Assembly (NCBI GenBank): GCA_031414955.1
Contig: JANOQV010000171.1
Location: forward strand, 1-63,790
DNA: 63,790 bases
Direction: 5' to 3'
Source: Pedosphaera sp.
GTDB lineage: Bacteria > Verrucomicrobiota > Verrucomicrobiia > Limisphaerales > SIBH01
Shown here: positions 38,394 through 49,728 of the stretch, piece by piece
Position numbering within the stretch: position 1 is the stretch's first letter
How the letters are laid out: each line of letters opens with the position of its first letter
Made by a program: the position numbers and the translations under genes
The notes under the pieces: model-generated
The model's input: the letters and a program-made list of their open reading frames with translations, nothing else
What the model was told of the DNA's origin: nothing
Database searches by the model: none

Positions 38394-39797
38394 TTACACC
38401 GTCCGCATCTGCACCGCGTCCGCCGTTGTGTTGCCGGTGGTGATGGCACTGATGATGACGATGGTGTGGCCCGGCTTCAGGATTCCCTCCGCGGTCAGCT
38501 TGGCGATGGCCACGTCGATGGTTCGGTTCGGGTTCACCTGGTCGAACTCGATCACTTGGGGCGTTACGCCCCAATTCAAGGCGAGCGCATCGGAGACCTC
38601 CCATGAATCGCAGAAGGCATAGATGGGTGAGTGACGCGGACGCATCCAGGCGGTGTGCCGGGCCATGTTGCCGCGCAGGGTGAAGACGAGCAGGGCATCG
38701 GCCTTTAATTCATTCGCCATGACCACGGCGCTCTTGGCCATCTTCTGGCGCGGGCTGGTGAACTCGGCGCGCTCGTGAAAACCCGCGCCGCCGCTCAACT
38801 CAATGCGTTTGGAGATGCGGTTGAACACCTCCAGGCATTGCAGTGGATATTTCCCGACCGTGGTTTCGCCGCTCAACATGATGGCGTCGGCCTGTTCAAA
38901 GACGGCGTTGGCCACGTCGGTAATCTCGGCGCGCGTCGGCATGGGGCTTTGAATCATGCTCTCCAGCATATGCGTGGCCACGATCACGGGCCGGCCGATG
39001 CGCAGGCAGAGCTTCACCGTCCGGCGCTGGATGATGGGCAACTCTTCGTACGGCACTTCCATGCCGAGGTCGCCGCGCGCCACCATGATGGCATCGGCCT
39101 CCTGGACGATCTCAGCGAGATTGTTCACGGCCTGCTGGTCCTCGATCTTGGCGATGATCTGCGGTTTGTGTTTGGACCGCTCGCAGAAGGCGCGGAGCTG
39201 CTGCAAGTCTTTCGCCTCGCGCACGAAGCTCAGGGCGATGAAGTCCACGCCGAGTTCCAGGCCCAGTTCCACGTCCGCGAAATCCTTGGCCGTGAGCGCG
39301 GGCAGGCTGACCTTCACCCCGGGCAGATTGATGTGGCGGCGGCTGCCCAGCGTGCCGGGTGTGAGCACTTCGCACTCGATGCGGTTGCCCTGCTTGGCCA
39401 GCACCTTCATGTGGATGACGCCGTTGTCCACCAGCACCACGTCACCGACGCTGATGTCGTTGACGAAGTTTTCGTAGTTCACATCCACCGAATGCACCTC
39501 CTCGCTCTGTTCGCCGCGCACGGTGAAGGTGAACTTTTGTCCGGGCAGGAGGTCGAGCTTGGCCGGCAGGTCGCCAGTGCGGATGGCCGGGCCTTGGGTG
39601 TCCATGAGGATACCGACGGACATCTTGCGCGCCATGGCCGCCGCGCGAATGGAGGCCACGACCCGCCGCACCCAATCGTGCGCGGAGTGCGACATGTTGA
39701 GCCGGGCGATGTTCATGCCGGCATCGATCAGTTTGCCGATCATCTCGTCGGAATCGGTGGCCGGCCCCAGGGTGGCAATAATCTTCGTCTTACGCAT
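38394..39797 (-). CDS. pyk: Pyruvate kinase
   Basis: RKTKIIATLGPA, ARLNMSH, AKIE, MVARGDLG, DAIMLSGET..GKYP. Confidence 0.97.
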   Translation of the reverse strand: MRKTKIIATLGPATDSDEMIGKLIDAGMNIARLNMSHSAHDWVRRVVASIRAAAMARKMSVGILMDTQGPAIRTGDLPAKLDLLPGQKFTFTVRGEQSEEVHSVDVNYENFVNDISVGDVVLVDNGVIHMKVLAKQGNRIECEVLTPGTLGSRRHINLPGVKVSLPALTAKDFADVELGLELGVDFIALSFVREAKDLQQLRAFCERSKHKPQIIAKIEDQQAVNNLAEIVQEADAIMVARGDLGMEVPYEELPIIQRRTVKLCLRIGRPVIVATHMLESMIQSPMPTRAEITDVANAVFEQADAIMLSGETTVGKYPLQCLEVFNRISKRIELSGGAGFHERAEFTSPRQKMAKSAVVMANELKADALLVFTLRGNMARHTAWMRPRHSPIYAFCDSWEVSDALALNWGVTPQVIEFDQVNPNRTIDVAIAKLTAEGILKPGHTIVIISAITTGNTTADAVQMRTV

Positions 39798-40095
39798 CGG
39801 GCGGGAAGCTACGAGTGGAGCGCGTGCGGCACCAAGCTTCAATGTGTTCGGTGATGAACAATCCAGACAGTTAGCCTTCACCGTATTTCATTCGTGAGTT
39901 TGCCACCACCCGTTGGAGTGTCATTCTCCTCGCTGGCGAGGTGGCGTCGGAGCAAGCGGACACGGCCTTGCAACAAGGCGAAAATTGCAGGAAGGTTTGC
40001 ACTGCGCGGAGCACTCGGCTTTTGCCGAGGAACAGCAAAAGTGCGTCAAATAACCACTGGTGCTGAAGCGGTCGGTTTCACTTTCGTCAAGGCCT

Positions 40096-40803
40096 TCAAA
40101 TGGATTTGAGCATGCCGCCGAGCAGGGCTATCCGTTCGGACTCCAGGTCGGAAACATGGCCCACCGTGTCGCTGAGAACGGAATTCAGGAATTCCCCGAA
40201 GCGGTCCCGCATTCGAGCCACCCGCACACGCAGTGCCCCTTCGGTGACACCATATTTCTCGGCCAATTGGGAATAGGACGCCCTCTTGAGATTCTGAAAC
40301 CCTGGGAGAAATCCTTTGAGGTCGGAAAAGGGTATCCCTCCCTTCTTCGCACTTTCTTCGGCCTCCAGGAGTCGAACCGACTCTCGGACAATCTCCATGG
40401 CCCATGCGCGATCGAATTCGCCATCGTCGGGACAAGTGGTCGGCCCTTCATGGTCGTCAATCTCTTCGATGGGTACATCCATTTGCCCGCCCCCGCGACT
40501 GCCGGCCCGTTTCGCTTTTAAGTAATCCAACAGGACAAATTTGAAATGGGCCAGCATGTAGGTCCGAAATTTGCCGGCGCTTTTGTCCGCTACTTCGATC
40601 CGTTTTCTTCGGAGAAAGTCGGCGAAAAAGTCCTGGGTGAGATCTTCTGCCTCATGTGCATCCCGCAAGGCTCGTTGGGCGAAGGAGAGCACAGCCGGGC
40701 GGTAAATCCGACACAATTCCTCCAGAGCCTCCTGTGCGGTGTGCTGGTTCTGGCCCCGAATTGCCGACACCAAGCTCCAGCGTGTTTGGTTGAACTTAGC
40801 CAT
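40096..40803 (-). CDS. ECF-type sigma-70 factor (kinase-associated PVC type)
   Basis: F..TRWSLV, ALEELCR.Y, AEDLTQ.FF, GKFR.Y, KRxGG-like segment, FDRAWA, C-terminal HTH. Confidence 0.85.
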   Translation of the reverse strand: MAKFNQTRWSLVSAIRGQNQHTAQEALEELCRIYRPAVLSFAQRALRDAHEAEDLTQDFFADFLRRKRIEVADKSAGKFRTYMLAHFKFVLLDYLKAKRAGSRGGGQMDVPIEEIDDHEGPTTCPDDGEFDRAWAMEIVRESVRLLEAEESAKKGGIPFSDLKGFLPGFQNLKRASYSQLAEKYGVTEGALRVRVARMRDRFGEFLNSVLSDTVGHVSDLESERIALLGGMLKSI

Positions 40804-40992
40804 AAAGCTTCCGGCACAGAGAATCAGTCTCCTGAAAGGGCCACAAGCCTTAACGGGTTGCACAACGGGACGAAAGAAAGGCCACGCACAGAAATCTTGT
40901 AACGTTTTCTCGGGATACTCTTTGGAACCGGTGGAAGCAGCGGTCGGCCGGCGTAACTCGGCTCGAAACGGTCCTGCGGCCACAAAAGCAAT

Positions 40993-43900
40993 ATGAAAAC
41001 AATACCCAAGAAGCTTGCCGCTGTCGCAGTGGTCTTGCTCACTCTCGCAGCACCAGTGGTGGCCCAAACACTGCTCCCACCATTGGATTGGAAGGTGACG
41101 AAATACCTCGGCACGACCGCCGCGTCGGAGGTGATGCTCAATCGCATCACGCCAAGCTCTGCCGCGCATCTCAGCGGCATTCATGTGGATGCCGCACGCA
41201 CACCGGTGCGCTACTACGGCTTCGATTCCGCGAACAACCGCATCCTAGGATTCTATGGGTGGCGTCCGGCGAATGCGGATGGTTCCTTCCCACCTGCAGA
41301 CCTCGTTATCGGCCAACCTTCGGGATGGGATTTTGGGGCCGCCAACCGGGACAACTCGCAATTCCTCCCGCCGACGGCGACCACACTGGCGCTCCTACCT
41401 TTCCCGTACGTCGCCAGCACCGCGGAGTCGCCGAGGAACGGTACCATGGCTACGGACGCAGACGGAAACCTGTACGTGCCCGATCTGAACAATAATCGTG
41501 TTCTGAAATATAATGATCCGTTCGCGACGGATAGCATCGCTGACGAAGTTTGGGGCCAGACCAATTTCACAACCCGGGCTCGTCCAGTCGCGCCCACGGC
41601 GGCTTCCCTGAGCCTCCAATATGGCTTCGATGGCAGCATCGGCATATTCGGCGCCGGCGTGTCGATTGACCCAGCCGGTAACCTCTGGGTCGCGGATGGC
41701 GGGCACCATCGCGTGCTGCGTTTTCCGAAGCAGGGTGGAATCATCGCCAAGGTCGCCGACCTCGTGATCGGGCAGCCCAATTTCACTACCGCCAACACGG
41801 GCACCGCGCTGAATCGGCTCTACAAACCGCAAGCCGTGCGGGTGCATCCAACAAGCGGTGAACTTTACGTGCTCGATGGCGAGTCGGCGAATTACGGCGG
41901 GCCATGCCGACTCCTCGTTTTCACGCCTCCATTCAACAACGGCATGGCTGCCGTGCGGGAACTGGGGAAGATCACAACGGATCAAGCGAGCGGTCTCAGC
42001 AACGGGCGCGGTTTCGCCTTCGATCCGCAGGATACGAACGGAGTATGGGTGGCCGATGGGAGCAATCATCGGATTCTCAAGCTGCACACGCAGACCGGGG
42101 CCAAGCTGGATGTGATCGGGCTTCCGGATTTCACTCTCAATCAGTCGCCGGCATACGTGCGCTTCGATGGAGTGGTGAATGAAGTCCGCCAGCCGGAGGG
42201 GGACATGGGCTTTGATGCGGCGGGGAATTTTTATTTCACCTGCCCCTATGGAGTGGCGGGCATCGTGCGGGTGCCCATGCCCCTTCGGCGCGATGCGGCG
42301 GGACGGGTCATCTCCGATGGTGAGATGCTCGCGCGGGGCTGGAACACCACTTCGGCGCGCACCGTGCAGGACCAATACGGCATGGCTCGTGAGGGGGCGC
42401 AGTTGTACGTGGCCAACCGCAATCGCGTGCTCGTCTGGAACGATGATGCGAACGCCGCCACTTTTGCCTCGGCCGATTTTTCAATCGGGCAGGAAACGCT
42501 GGATGCGAACGAGCCGGGCGGCACTTTTGAAGGCCGAACGATCGGGCACATGCACGCCTCCGGGGGGCGGCTGTTCGTGGGCGGTGGCACGAAGATTTAC
42601 ATTTTCGCCACGCCCATCACTTCTGGCGGGCGGAATATCGCGCCGCTCAAAATCCTCACCACCGGCACCACGAATTTGACGTGGGTGGACGACAACACCT
42701 CTGTCTCCTTCGACTGCAATGGACTGGTCTATGACCCGGCCCGCAACGCGCTGTGGATTTCGGACTACCCGCGCAACCGCATCCTGCGCGTCGCCAACCC
42801 GCTCTCGGCGACACCGAAGGTCGATCTCGTGATCGGCCAGACGACCAAAACCGGGAGCGCACAAAACCACGGGCTCGGCCTCTACACGACAGACGCACGC
42901 GGAGTCGCCGCGCCTTGGACACTGGCCCTGGATAATTTCGGAAATCTCTACGCAGTGGATTCTGGGTTCGAGGGCCGGGATGACAACGCCGGGAACCTGC
43001 GCGTGCTGCGATTTGATGCGGCATCTCTCACACCGACGGCCGGCAATATCTTTCCGAACCCAGCCGCTTCGGGTGTCTTTTGCAAACCGACGTTGACGAC
43101 AAGCCGCAACTATTTCAATCCGGACCGGCCGAACACTCCGACGCACGTTGCCTTCAACTCGCAGAATCAGATGCTCCTGCTTTGTGATAGCTACTGGAAC
43201 CGACAGGGTGAGCGGGCGTGGTTTTATCCTACGCCACACATCGGCACCGCGCCCCAGCCGACGCACCTTTTGCCCACAGTGGTCGGGCAGATGGCGTTCG
43301 CCTGCTTCGATCCTGCTGATCGCCTCATCATCCAGGACCATACTTGGAATCGTGTGATCTTCTACGATCCGAGTGCCACCGCTCCCAGCCTCGCCATCAC
43401 GGCGGCACCACAGAGCGCGGGCGCAGCCACGAGCAGCGTCATGATCTCGGGCACCTGCAACGCCCAGGTCATCGGCTCGCTCATCTGGAGGACCGATGCC
43501 GGGGCGACGGGAACGATTCCGGCCAGCACCACCTGGAGCATTCCCGCCGTGCCCCTTAATACGAGCGGCCCCACCATCATCGCTGTGTCCGGCACAAATG
43601 CCGCAGGGACCACAGCCAGCGTCGCACGGTCGATAACGCGAGAGAGCCTTGGCGCCCCGATTCTTCTGCCCGAGGGTGGCCGACTGCTTGGGCCGCTCCC
43701 GGTGTCAGCGCACCATTACCGCAGCAACATAACGCTGCGCTACACGCTGGATGGCTCCGACCCCACAGCAAGTTCGCCGAGCTATTCGCCGCCACTGGTC
43801 TTGGCAACCTCTGGCACCGTGAAGGTGCGCGCCTTCCTCTCTGGCGCATCACCGAGTCCGGTAGCAAGCGCCACGTACACACTGGTGACGGCGACCCCGG

Positions 43901-46005
43901 TCATCACCCCGGCGGGCGCAATTTTTTCCAATCCAGTGAATGTGACGCTTTCCTCGACGACGGCGGGTGCCTGGATGCGCTTCACCATCGATGGTTCGGA
44001 GCCCACAGACGCATCGACGCTCTACACCGGAGCGGTGCCACTCGATTTTTCCGCAGTGATCAAGGCGCGAGCGTTTCACCCGACCTTCGCCCCGAGCGAC
44101 ACCGCAACAGCCACTTTCACCCGCACCGGAACCCCGGCGACCACGCCCACAATTTCACCGGGGGGCGGGACGATTACGAGCTCCACCTTGGTCACGCTCG
44201 CCTCGTCCACGCCTGGCGCGCAACTCCGCTACACACTCGACGGCAGCGATGTTTTTGGCACCGCACCGCTCTACACCTCGCCCTTCTCCGTGAATGGCAC
44301 TGTGATGGTGAAAGTGCGTGCGTTTGCCGCGGGCTTTGCACCGAGCGCGCAGGCCGGCGCTGCGTTTTCCATGCGCACCGCATGGACCAGTAACAGCCTG
44401 CCCGCAGGCACGCCCACGCGAGACCGTCACACGGCGCTCGGATCCGATGGCGCGTTCCTGTATTTCACGGCGGGCAAGTCGGCGAACGCACCGTTTTCCC
44501 GGTTGTCAAAAGGCAGCACGGTGTGGCAATCGCTCGCGGCCTTGCCGATTCCCTCGAATGTGAATGGTGACAGCGGAGTCGGCGATCTCGGCTTTCTCGC
44601 CGGTTCGCTTTACACCCACGCACTGCACAGCAATGCGGCGCTCGATCGCGCCGTCTATCGTTACGACATCGCCGCCAATACTTGGATACGCGGTGGAGCT
44701 GTGCTGGGTGGCGGTGTGAATGCGGCGTGTGTCCCGCTCGCGCCGGATTCCATCCTCGGCGGTTGGAGCGGCTGGACCCGGATCATGCGGGTGACAAATT
44801 TGCAAACTGGCGCCGCCATTCCGCTCGGCGACCTCTCCGGCAGCGCGTCCCACGCCTGGGATGGCTGCGCGGACGCGACTGATGCGTGGTTCATCAAGCA
44901 TCGGTGGGAAGCGGCGCAGCCCGGCGTAATCGCACGGATCAGCAGGTCGGGAGCGCCCGTCATGCTCGAACTGGCCGGAATGCCGTTCAACCCCGGGATG
45001 GGCTGCGCCATCGAGTGCGTGCCGGGAAAATTCTTCGCTGACGGGCACGAGCGCCTTTTCATCCTGCGCGGCGGCAGCGGCGCGAGCGATGGCGATGCGG
45101 CCTCGTGGACCATTGACACCACGACAAATCAACTCGCGATCTACGATGTGGCAGTCGGCTCATGGGCAACGGAGACGCTGCCTTTTGCCATCGGTAATGG
45201 TTCCGAGATGGCGCTGGTGGATGACACGCTCTACGTCCTCGCCTCAAGTTCGGTTGGTTCACTGCCGCTGCGCTCGTTCCGTTTCGTCGGAGGCCCGCCT
45301 CGCGTGGCGGCGCTGCCGGCGAGCCACGTCGCGGCTGATACGGCAACGCTTCATGCGACGGTGAACGCACGCGGAGCAGCAACCACGGTGTTTTTCCGAT
45401 ACGGACTCTCGACCAATTATGGCAGCGCCTCGCCGAATCAGGCTCTGGCCGCCGCTTTCGATGAAATTCCGACCACCGCCGTCCTCGCCATGCTCTCGCC
45501 AGGAACCACCTACCATTATCGGGCTGTGGCCGTGAATTCCTACGGCACGACCACTGGGCCGGACCAAACATTCGCCACGCGAAGCCTGACTCCGGTCGAG
45601 CAATGGAGATCGAATTACTTCGGTTATTTCGCTGACTTGGGGCCGGCCGCAGACCTTGCCGACCCCGATCTCGACGGCGTTCCAAATGCCGTTGAATACG
45701 CCCTCGGCGGGAACCCCAGCATGGCCAGCAGGGGGATCCTCCCAGTCCCTGGCGAGGACTCCGGACACCTCACCCTCAACTTTACGCGCCACCTTGCGGC
45801 GACGGACGTTACGTTCCGGATACTCGCCGCTGATGATCTGACGGGGCCGTGGACAACGATTGCCGTGAAAATTGGCACCGCGGCTTGGTGGGGCATTGCA
45901 GGCGCTTCAATCACCGACCCAGGCATTGGCCCCGTGGTGGTCCAGGACTTCAAGAGCATGGAAGGGCAACCGGCGCGTTTTCTCCGGCTCGAAATTGAGC
46001 GTTGA
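40993..46005 (+). CDS. Large secreted protein: NHL-repeat propellers, three chitobiase/FN3-associated (YTxDGSxP) domains, kelch-like propeller, FN3-like domain, C-terminal Verrucomicrobia-type domain
   Basis: Signal peptide; GNL.V.D..N.RVL; ADLVIGQ; (Y/F)T(L/I)DGS x3; DPDLDGVPNAVEYALG..RFLRLEIER. Confidence 0.85.
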   Translation: MKTIPKKLAAVAVVLLTLAAPVVAQTLLPPLDWKVTKYLGTTAASEVMLNRITPSSAAHLSGIHVDAARTPVRYYGFDSANNRILGFYGWRPANADGSFPPADLVIGQPSGWDFGAANRDNSQFLPPTATTLALLPFPYVASTAESPRNGTMATDADGNLYVPDLNNNRVLKYNDPFATDSIADEVWGQTNFTTRARPVAPTAASLSLQYGFDGSIGIFGAGVSIDPAGNLWVADGGHHRVLRFPKQGGIIAKVADLVIGQPNFTTANTGTALNRLYKPQAVRVHPTSGELYVLDGESANYGGPCRLLVFTPPFNNGMAAVRELGKITTDQASGLSNGRGFAFDPQDTNGVWVADGSNHRILKLHTQTGAKLDVIGLPDFTLNQSPAYVRFDGVVNEVRQPEGDMGFDAAGNFYFTCPYGVAGIVRVPMPLRRDAAGRVISDGEMLARGWNTTSARTVQDQYGMAREGAQLYVANRNRVLVWNDDANAATFASADFSIGQETLDANEPGGTFEGRTIGHMHASGGRLFVGGGTKIYIFATPITSGGRNIAPLKILTTGTTNLTWVDDNTSVSFDCNGLVYDPARNALWISDYPRNRILRVANPLSATPKVDLVIGQTTKTGSAQNHGLGLYTTDARGVAAPWTLALDNFGNLYAVDSGFEGRDDNAGNLRVLRFDAASLTPTAGNIFPNPAASGVFCKPTLTTSRNYFNPDRPNTPTHVAFNSQNQMLLLCDSYWNRQGERAWFYPTPHIGTAPQPTHLLPTVVGQMAFACFDPADRLIIQDHTWNRVIFYDPSATAPSLAITAAPQSAGAATSSVMISGTCNAQVIGSLIWRTDAGATGTIPASTTWSIPAVPLNTSGPTIIAVSGTNAAGTTASVARSITRESLGAPILLPEGGRLLGPLPVSAHHYRSNITLRYTLDGSDPTASSPSYSPPLVLATSGTVKVRAFLSGASPSPVASATYTLVTATPVITPAGAIFSNPVNVTLSSTTAGAWMRFTIDGSEPTDASTLYTGAVPLDFSAVIKARAFHPTFAPSDTATATFTRTGTPATTPTISPGGGTITSSTLVTLASSTPGAQLRYTLDGSDVFGTAPLYTSPFSVNGTVMVKVRAFAAGFAPSAQAGAAFSMRTAWTSNSLPAGTPTRDRHTALGSDGAFLYFTAGKSANAPFSRLSKGSTVWQSLAALPIPSNVNGDSGVGDLGFLAGSLYTHALHSNAALDRAVYRYDIAANTWIRGGAVLGGGVNAACVPLAPDSILGGWSGWTRIMRVTNLQTGAAIPLGDLSGSASHAWDGCADATDAWFIKHRWEAAQPGVIARISRSGAPVMLELAGMPFNPGMGCAIECVPGKFFADGHERLFILRGGSGASDGDAASWTIDTTTNQLAIYDVAVGSWATETLPFAIGNGSEMALVDDTLYVLASSSVGSLPLRSFRFVGGPPRVAALPASHVAADTATLHATVNARGAATTVFFRYGLSTNYGSASPNQALAAAFDEIPTTAVLAMLSPGTTYHYRAVAVNSYGTTTGPDQTFATRSLTPVEQWRSNYFGYFADLGPAADLADPDLDGVPNAVEYALGGNPSMASRGILPVPGEDSGHLTLNFTRHLAATDVTFRILAADDLTGPWTTIAVKIGTAAWWGIAGASITDPGIGPVVVQDFKSMEGQPARFLRLEIER

Positions 46006-46105
46006 ACCAAGGGTTCATCGAATGAGCCGAACGATTCATGTCGCGAACATTTTTACCGAGAAAATTTTGATACAACCCCGTCCCACTTTGAAAAAACACA
46101 CCATT

Positions 46106-46471
46106 ATGCACCAACGAACATCTCATCACCTCCTGGCTCTGGCTTTTAACCTGGGCCTCGCCTTCACCGCCGCCGCCCAAGTCGTCGCCTACACCGGCGG
46201 CACCCTCACCGAAAACTTCGACAGCATGGGTGCGGCCGGCACTAATACTCCGCCGGGCTGGTCCGTGGGCTGGAATAACGGTCTGGTAGGCGGCGTGAAC
46301 ACTTACGCCACCAATGTCACCATCAACAACGGTGCCACCGCGCCAGGCAACATGGCCGGCTTCAACTGCGCACCCGTCCACTCTTTTTGGGGAACTTCCA
46401 ATCTTTACAAAAATGCGGAAAGCAGGTGGCATCTCGCCAACGAATCCAGACGGCAATCCCGGACACCATGA
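46106..46471 (+). pseudogene. N-terminal remnant of a secreted protein
   Basis: Signal peptide + YTGG.LTENFDSMG..GT..P.GW; coding character lost after about 46370. Confidence 0.6.
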
Positions 46472-49400
46472 AACACCATCTCACCCTCCTGTTCACCATC
46501 CTGGCTGTGGCCTTTGGCCTTCCCGCCAAGGCTGTCGTCACCATTACCACCCAGCCCCAGCCTGCCACCGTGTTGGCGGGTGATGTGGCCGTGCTCACGG
46601 TCTTCGCCACGGGCACGGGCACCTTGAGCTATCAGTGGAAGAAGAATGGCGCGGCCATCGCTGAAGCAACGAACGCCGCGCTGGTCTTCAATCCCTTCGC
46701 GGCCACCCAGGCGGGCAGCTACTCCGTGGACGTGTCCGACGCTTCGCCCAGCACGCTCCCGAGCAGCGCCGCCGCGCTCACCGTCAAAACACCCGCGGCG
46801 GGTGACGTGGACTTCTCCTTTCCAACAGGCGAAGCAGCCCTCGACGGTTCAGTGCTTGCCGTAGCGGAGCAGAGTGACGGCAAGGTGCTCATTGCCGGTT
46901 TTTTCGCAACTCTCAAAGGTGCGGTGCGAGGCCGTATCGCGCGGCTCAACAGCGATGGCTCTACCGACCACAGCTTTGGCAACGGACTGACCGGGGCCAA
47001 CGGCAACAGCGTGATTGCACTGGCGGTGCAGAGCGATGGCAAGGTTCTCATCGGCGGTTCCTTCACCGCTGTCAACGGCACGCCGCGGTTTAACATCGCG
47101 CGGCTCAACAGCGACGGTACGCTGGACATCAGCTTTAGCAGCCCGCTGTCGGCCAGCAGCGTGGTCTATACGATGGCGGTGCAAGGCGATGGTAAGGTGC
47201 TTGTCGGGGGTACATTACCCATTGCCCGGGGTGGAGTTACGCGGCTCAACAGCGATGGCACGCTGGACACCAGTTTTGGCGGTGGGCTGGCCGTGGTCAG
47301 CAACACAGTCTATACCTTGGCGACGCAAAACGATGGCAAAGTGCTCGTCGGTGGTTCGTTCACGAACGTCAACGGCACGGGGCGCAGTGGTATCGCGCGG
47401 CTCAACAGCGATGGTACGCTAGATACTAGTTTCACCAACGTCCAGCTTGTGTCCTCCAGTCAGTTCAACACAGTCGAAGCCATCGCGGTCCAAGGCGATA
47501 ACCGGGTACTTATCGGTGGTAGGTTCACTAACGCCAACGGTACGGCATATGGGCGAATCGCACGACTGAACTCCGATGGTACTCTGGACAATAGCTTTGG
47601 CAACGGACTCACTGGGGCCAACGGTAACATTTATTCCATAGCCGTGCAGGGTGATGGGCGGGTGGTTGTCGGCGGAACCTTCACCACCGTCAACGGCACG
47701 GCACGTGGGCGCATCGCGCGGCTCAACAGCGATGGAACATTGGACTCCAGCTTTGGCAATGGAACGGGGATCAACAACGCCGTCGAAGCTATCGTCGTTC
47801 AGGGAGACGGCCAAGTGCTCGTTGCTGGACAGTTTTCCACTATTAACGGTGCGGCACGCAGGTCTATCGCTCTACTCGACAGCGATGGCACACTGAACAC
47901 CGGTTTCGATAACGGGTCGTCAACCGGGTTCACCAGCATCGTCAACGCCATGGTAGTGCAAAACGATGGCCAAGTGCTCGTCGGCGGAACTCTTCCGATC
48001 TCGCGATTCAACCGCGATGGTTCACGTGATCCCAGCTTTGCCAATGTCCAGGTCAGCGAAATCACCACTATCGCCGTGCAGAGCGACGGCAAGGTGCTCA
48101 TCGGTTGCAACTTCACCGCCGTCAACGGCGTGGCGCGCGGACGCATCGCACGGCTCCACAGCAATGGCACGCTGGACACAAGCTTTGGTAATGGACTCGC
48201 CGGAGCGGATAACGTGGTCAGAGCCATTGCCGTGCAGAACGATGGCCGGGTGCTGATTGGAGGATTTTTCAACACGGTCAACGGCACGGCACGCAGGGGC
48301 ATCGCGCGACTCCACGCGGATGGCACGCTGGACACGAGCTTTGGCAACGGGCTGGCAGGAGCCGACAGCCGGGTTGATGCCGTAATTGTGCAGAGCAACG
48401 GCAAGGTGGTCATCGGCGGGTTATTCACCAACGTCAACGGTACGTTGTGCAGAGGTATCGCACGACTGAACTCCGATGGTACGCTGGACACAAACGGGGT
48501 AACTGGTGCCAATGGCTCCGTTGCTGCCCAAGCGTTGCAAGGTGACGGCAAGGTGGTGGTTGGCGGATCTTTTACCACTATTAACGGCATCGCGCGCGGT
48601 CGCATCGCGCGGCTCAACACCGATGGTACATTGGATTTAACTTTCAGTAATGCTCTGACTGGTGCCAACGGCTCCGTTGATGCGTTGGCTATGCAAGGCG
48701 ATGGTAAGGTCGTCATTGGCGGATCCTTCACCACTGTCAGCGGCATAGCGCGTGGCAGAATCGCGCGGCTTCACACAGATGGTACGCTGGACACCAGTTT
48801 TGGTAATGGGCTGGCTGGAGCCAACGGCAGCCTTTCTGCTGTGGCGGTGCAGAGCGATGATCGGGTACTCATCGGTGGAGCTTTCTTCACTGTCGTCAAC
48901 GGAGTGCCGTGTGGTCACTTGATGCGACTATGGGGATCGGCACCGGCCTCCGCTAGCAACATTGTCGCACCCACGCTATCCGCCCGCGGTGCCGTCTGGC
49001 GCTACTTCGACAAGACGAACGACCTGGGCACGAGCTGGCGCAGCAATTCTTTCAGCGACGTGATGTGGAGCAACGGAACCGCACGGCTTGGTTATGGCAA
49101 CGATGGTGAAGTGACGAAAGTTGCGAGCAACCGCCAATGGACGACTTATTTCCGACGCCAGTTCTACGTCCCAGAACCCGCGTTCGTCACCGCCCTTTCC
49201 GCCCGCCTCACCCGGAACGACGCCGCAGTCATCTACCTGAATGGCACCGAAGTCTGGCACGACACCAACATCACCGGCGGGACCATCACCTATACCACCC
49301 AGGCACTCGCGGCCCTTAGCGGAGGGGACGAAACTAACTGGCTTTCCAAAACTCTCAACCCGTCCGACCTCATCGCGGGCTGGAATACCCTCGCCGCCGA

Positions 49401-49701
49401 AGTTCACAATCAGAGCCTGACCAGCAGCGACCTCGGCTTCGACTTCGAGCTGACCGGCACCGCAAGCATCAACGTAGCACCTGATTTGAGCCTATCGACG
49501 GTCGAAGGCAGCGGAGGGAGCTTCGTGCTGGCCTGGCCCGCCGAAGCGAGTTATTTCTCGCTCTCCGCCGCCACGAACCTCACCCCGCCCGTCGTCTGGA
49601 CTCCACTGACCAACCTGCCCGTCCTCATCAGCAATGAATGGCGAGTGACGTTGCCCACCGACACCAACGCGCAACGATACTTTCGCTTGGGTGTGCAGTA
49701 G
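46468..49701 (+). CDS. Delta-60 repeat secreted protein (Ig domain + Q.DGKVL.GG.F repeats + C-terminal domains), copy 1
   Basis: ITTQP..YQWKKNG Ig; tandem AVQSDGKVLIGG.FT.VNG..R.RIARLNSDGTLD.SF repeats; WRYFD..GYG..TTYFR; ATNL..W..RYFRL. Confidence 0.9.
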   Translation: MKHHLTLLFTILAVAFGLPAKAVVTITTQPQPATVLAGDVAVLTVFATGTGTLSYQWKKNGAAIAEATNAALVFNPFAATQAGSYSVDVSDASPSTLPSSAAALTVKTPAAGDVDFSFPTGEAALDGSVLAVAEQSDGKVLIAGFFATLKGAVRGRIARLNSDGSTDHSFGNGLTGANGNSVIALAVQSDGKVLIGGSFTAVNGTPRFNIARLNSDGTLDISFSSPLSASSVVYTMAVQGDGKVLVGGTLPIARGGVTRLNSDGTLDTSFGGGLAVVSNTVYTLATQNDGKVLVGGSFTNVNGTGRSGIARLNSDGTLDTSFTNVQLVSSSQFNTVEAIAVQGDNRVLIGGRFTNANGTAYGRIARLNSDGTLDNSFGNGLTGANGNIYSIAVQGDGRVVVGGTFTTVNGTARGRIARLNSDGTLDSSFGNGTGINNAVEAIVVQGDGQVLVAGQFSTINGAARRSIALLDSDGTLNTGFDNGSSTGFTSIVNAMVVQNDGQVLVGGTLPISRFNRDGSRDPSFANVQVSEITTIAVQSDGKVLIGCNFTAVNGVARGRIARLHSNGTLDTSFGNGLAGADNVVRAIAVQNDGRVLIGGFFNTVNGTARRGIARLHADGTLDTSFGNGLAGADSRVDAVIVQSNGKVVIGGLFTNVNGTLCRGIARLNSDGTLDTNGVTGANGSVAAQALQGDGKVVVGGSFTTINGIARGRIARLNTDGTLDLTFSNALTGANGSVDALAMQGDGKVVIGGSFTTVSGIARGRIARLHTDGTLDTSFGNGLAGANGSLSAVAVQSDDRVLIGGAFFTVVNGVPCGHLMRLWGSAPASASNIVAPTLSARGAVWRYFDKTNDLGTSWRSNSFSDVMWSNGTARLGYGNDGEVTKVASNRQWTTYFRRQFYVPEPAFVTALSARLTRNDAAVIYLNGTEVWHDTNITGGTITYTTQALAALSGGDETNWLSKTLNPSDLIAGWNTLAAEVHNQSLTSSDLGFDFELTGTASINVAPDLSLSTVEGSGGSFVLAWPAEASYFSLSAATNLTPPVVWTPLTNLPVLISNEWRVTLPTDTNAQRYFRLGVQ

Positions 49702-49728
49702 CTGGGTCTTTGAAAAACAAAAAACGAA